A stretch of 64,000 nucleotides of DNA from Candidatus Altiarchaeota archaeon. Lineage in GTDB: Archaea > SpSt-1190. Below the pieces are notes generated by a model. The model had not been told where the DNA came from. It saw only the letters and a list, made by a program, of their open reading frames with translations, and ran no database searches. The position numbers and the translations under genes were made by a program. Location of the stretch: the NCBI GenBank assembly GCA_018220935.1, contig JAAOXU010000002.1, positions 7,664 to 71,663 of the forward strand, written 5' to 3'. Shown in pieces: positions 63,207 through 64,000 of the stretch; positions within the stretch are counted from its first letter, which is position 1; every line of letters begins with the position of its first letter.

Positions 63207-63805
63207 AAAGACTTAATCTAAAAAGACGTGTTAAGGGAATCACTGACTACAAAAAGCGTTTGAATCTATTGAAGTCTGGTAAGACTAGACTCGTAGTTAG
63301 AAAGACTGCTAATAATATTGTAGCACAACTTATTGATTATGTACCTGAAGGCGACAAAGTAATTCTTACAGTTGACATGAAAAGTATTAGAGCAAATGGG
63401 TGGAGAGCAGGAGTAAATACGCCTGCTTCATACCTTATAGGATATGCGTTAGGGATTCGTGCAAAGGAGCATAAAATTAGTAATGCAATTCTAGATACTG
63501 GACGACATGCAAAATCAAGCAAGATTTTTGCTGTTGTTAAAGGTGCAATTGATGCTGGACTAAAAGTCCCAATGGGAGAGGGTGCGGCACCAAGTGAAGC
63601 TAGAATTTCTGGTTCACATATTACTGCGTACCAAAAAGATGCTAAAGGTCATCAATTTGCAAAATACAAATCAGAAAAAATAGATATTGCTAAAGACTTT
63701 GATAAGGTCTTAGCTAAGATGAATCCCGCAAGCGGGAAAACTCCTGTAAAATCCCGCACAGCGGGAAAACAGGAAAACCCCGCAAGCGGGGAAAAAGGTG
63801 TATAA
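63203..63805 (+). CDS. rpl18: Ribosomal protein uL18 with a 28-aa C-terminal tail encoded by hairpin units
   Basis: ..RLVVRKTANNIVAQLI.. ..AILDTGRH.. The tail is MNPASGKTPVKSRTAGKQENPASGEKGV. Confidence 0.9.
   Translation: MKRLNLKRRVKGITDYKKRLNLLKSGKTRLVVRKTANNIVAQLIDYVPEGDKVILTVDMKSIRANGWRAGVNTPASYLIGYALGIRAKEHKISNAILDTGRHAKSSKIFAVVKGAIDAGLKVPMGEGAAPSEARISGSHITAYQKDAKGHQFAKYKSEKIDIAKDFDKVLAKMNPASGKTPVKSRTAGKQENPASGEKGV
63723..63796. repeat. Three hairpin-family units inside the rpl18 3' end
   Basis: CCCGCAAGCGGG (63725-36), CCCGCACAGCGGG (63753-65) and CCCCGCAAGCGGGG (63778-91), each flanked by A-runs (T-runs on the minus strand). Confidence 0.8.
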
Positions 63806-63806
63806 T

Positions 63807-64000
63807 ATGGATAATTGGATTCCAAAAACAAAACTAGGAAAAATGGTTAAGTCTGGTGAGATTAGTTCCATTCACGAAATCCTAAATAACGGGATAAAAA
63901 TAATTGAACCAGAAGTAGTTGATACTTTAGTTCCTGGTCTAAGAACTGATTTAATGAAAATAGGCCAATCTAAGGGTAAATTCGGCGGTGGAGCAAGGCG
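63807..64000 (+). CDS. rps5: Ribosomal protein uS5, N-terminal part (runs off the window)
   Basis: Not in the ORF track. Manual translation from ATG 63807: MDNWIPKTKLGKMVKSGEISSIHEILNNGIKIIEPEVVDTLVPGLRTDLMKIGQSKGKFGGGAR. It is in the expected position after rpl18. Confidence 0.85.
   Translation, partial: MDNWIPKTKLGKMVKSGEISSIHEILNNGIKIIEPEVVDTLVPGLRTDLMKIGQSKGKFGGGAR

Noticed and set aside
1-64000. Prophage, integrated plasmid, transposase or toxin-antitoxin/defence islands
   Set aside because: I saw no integrase, transposase, capsid/terminase, restriction-modification, cas or TA-like genes. The only mobility-like signals are the miniature repeats and tRNA fragments reported above.

Overview
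This is an AT-rich, gene-dense archaeal chromosomal segment. By inference it comes from a reduced, DPANN-like archaeon. The clues are streamlined informational genes, fragmented ribosomal-protein clusters, a form-III-type RuBisCO next to a ribose-1,5-bisphosphate isomerase homologue, many orphan membrane and surface proteins, and TATA boxes about 25 nt upstream of start codons. Recognisable content: orc1/cdc6, cbf5, aIF2-gamma, eS6, aIF5B, MetRS, RNAP subunits D and F, two r-protein clusters (S13-S4-S11-RpoD; L29-SUI1-Rnp1 / S17-L14-L24-S4e-L5-S14-S8-L6-L32e-L19e-L18-S5), KsgA, RpiB, a G1P-dehydrogenase-like gene, a MoxR-DUF58 operon, tRNA-Tyr(GUA) with an 81-nt intron, tRNA-Gly(CCC), and one candidate box C/D sRNA. 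Most unusual: (1) an ~11.5-kb pair of divergent operons (11365-22847, plus an ATPase gene to 23852) encodes six uncharacterised polytopic membrane proteins. One is a cysteine-free 2,024-aa giant protein and three are paralogues with cysteine-rich ectodomains. No known secretion, pilus or conjugation motor is present, so this is a candidate undescribed envelope or cell-contact apparatus. (2) A family of short GC-rich hairpin units (CCCGC-N-GCGGG flanked by T/A runs) is scattered over at least 6 loci. One copy is an insertion flanked by 25-bp direct repeats, others lie in the tRNA-Tyr intron, and three sit in frame at the 3' end of the uL18 gene. (3) Exact fragments of tRNA-Gly bracket a single cargo gene. 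No rRNA, CRISPR array, integrase or transposase was seen.
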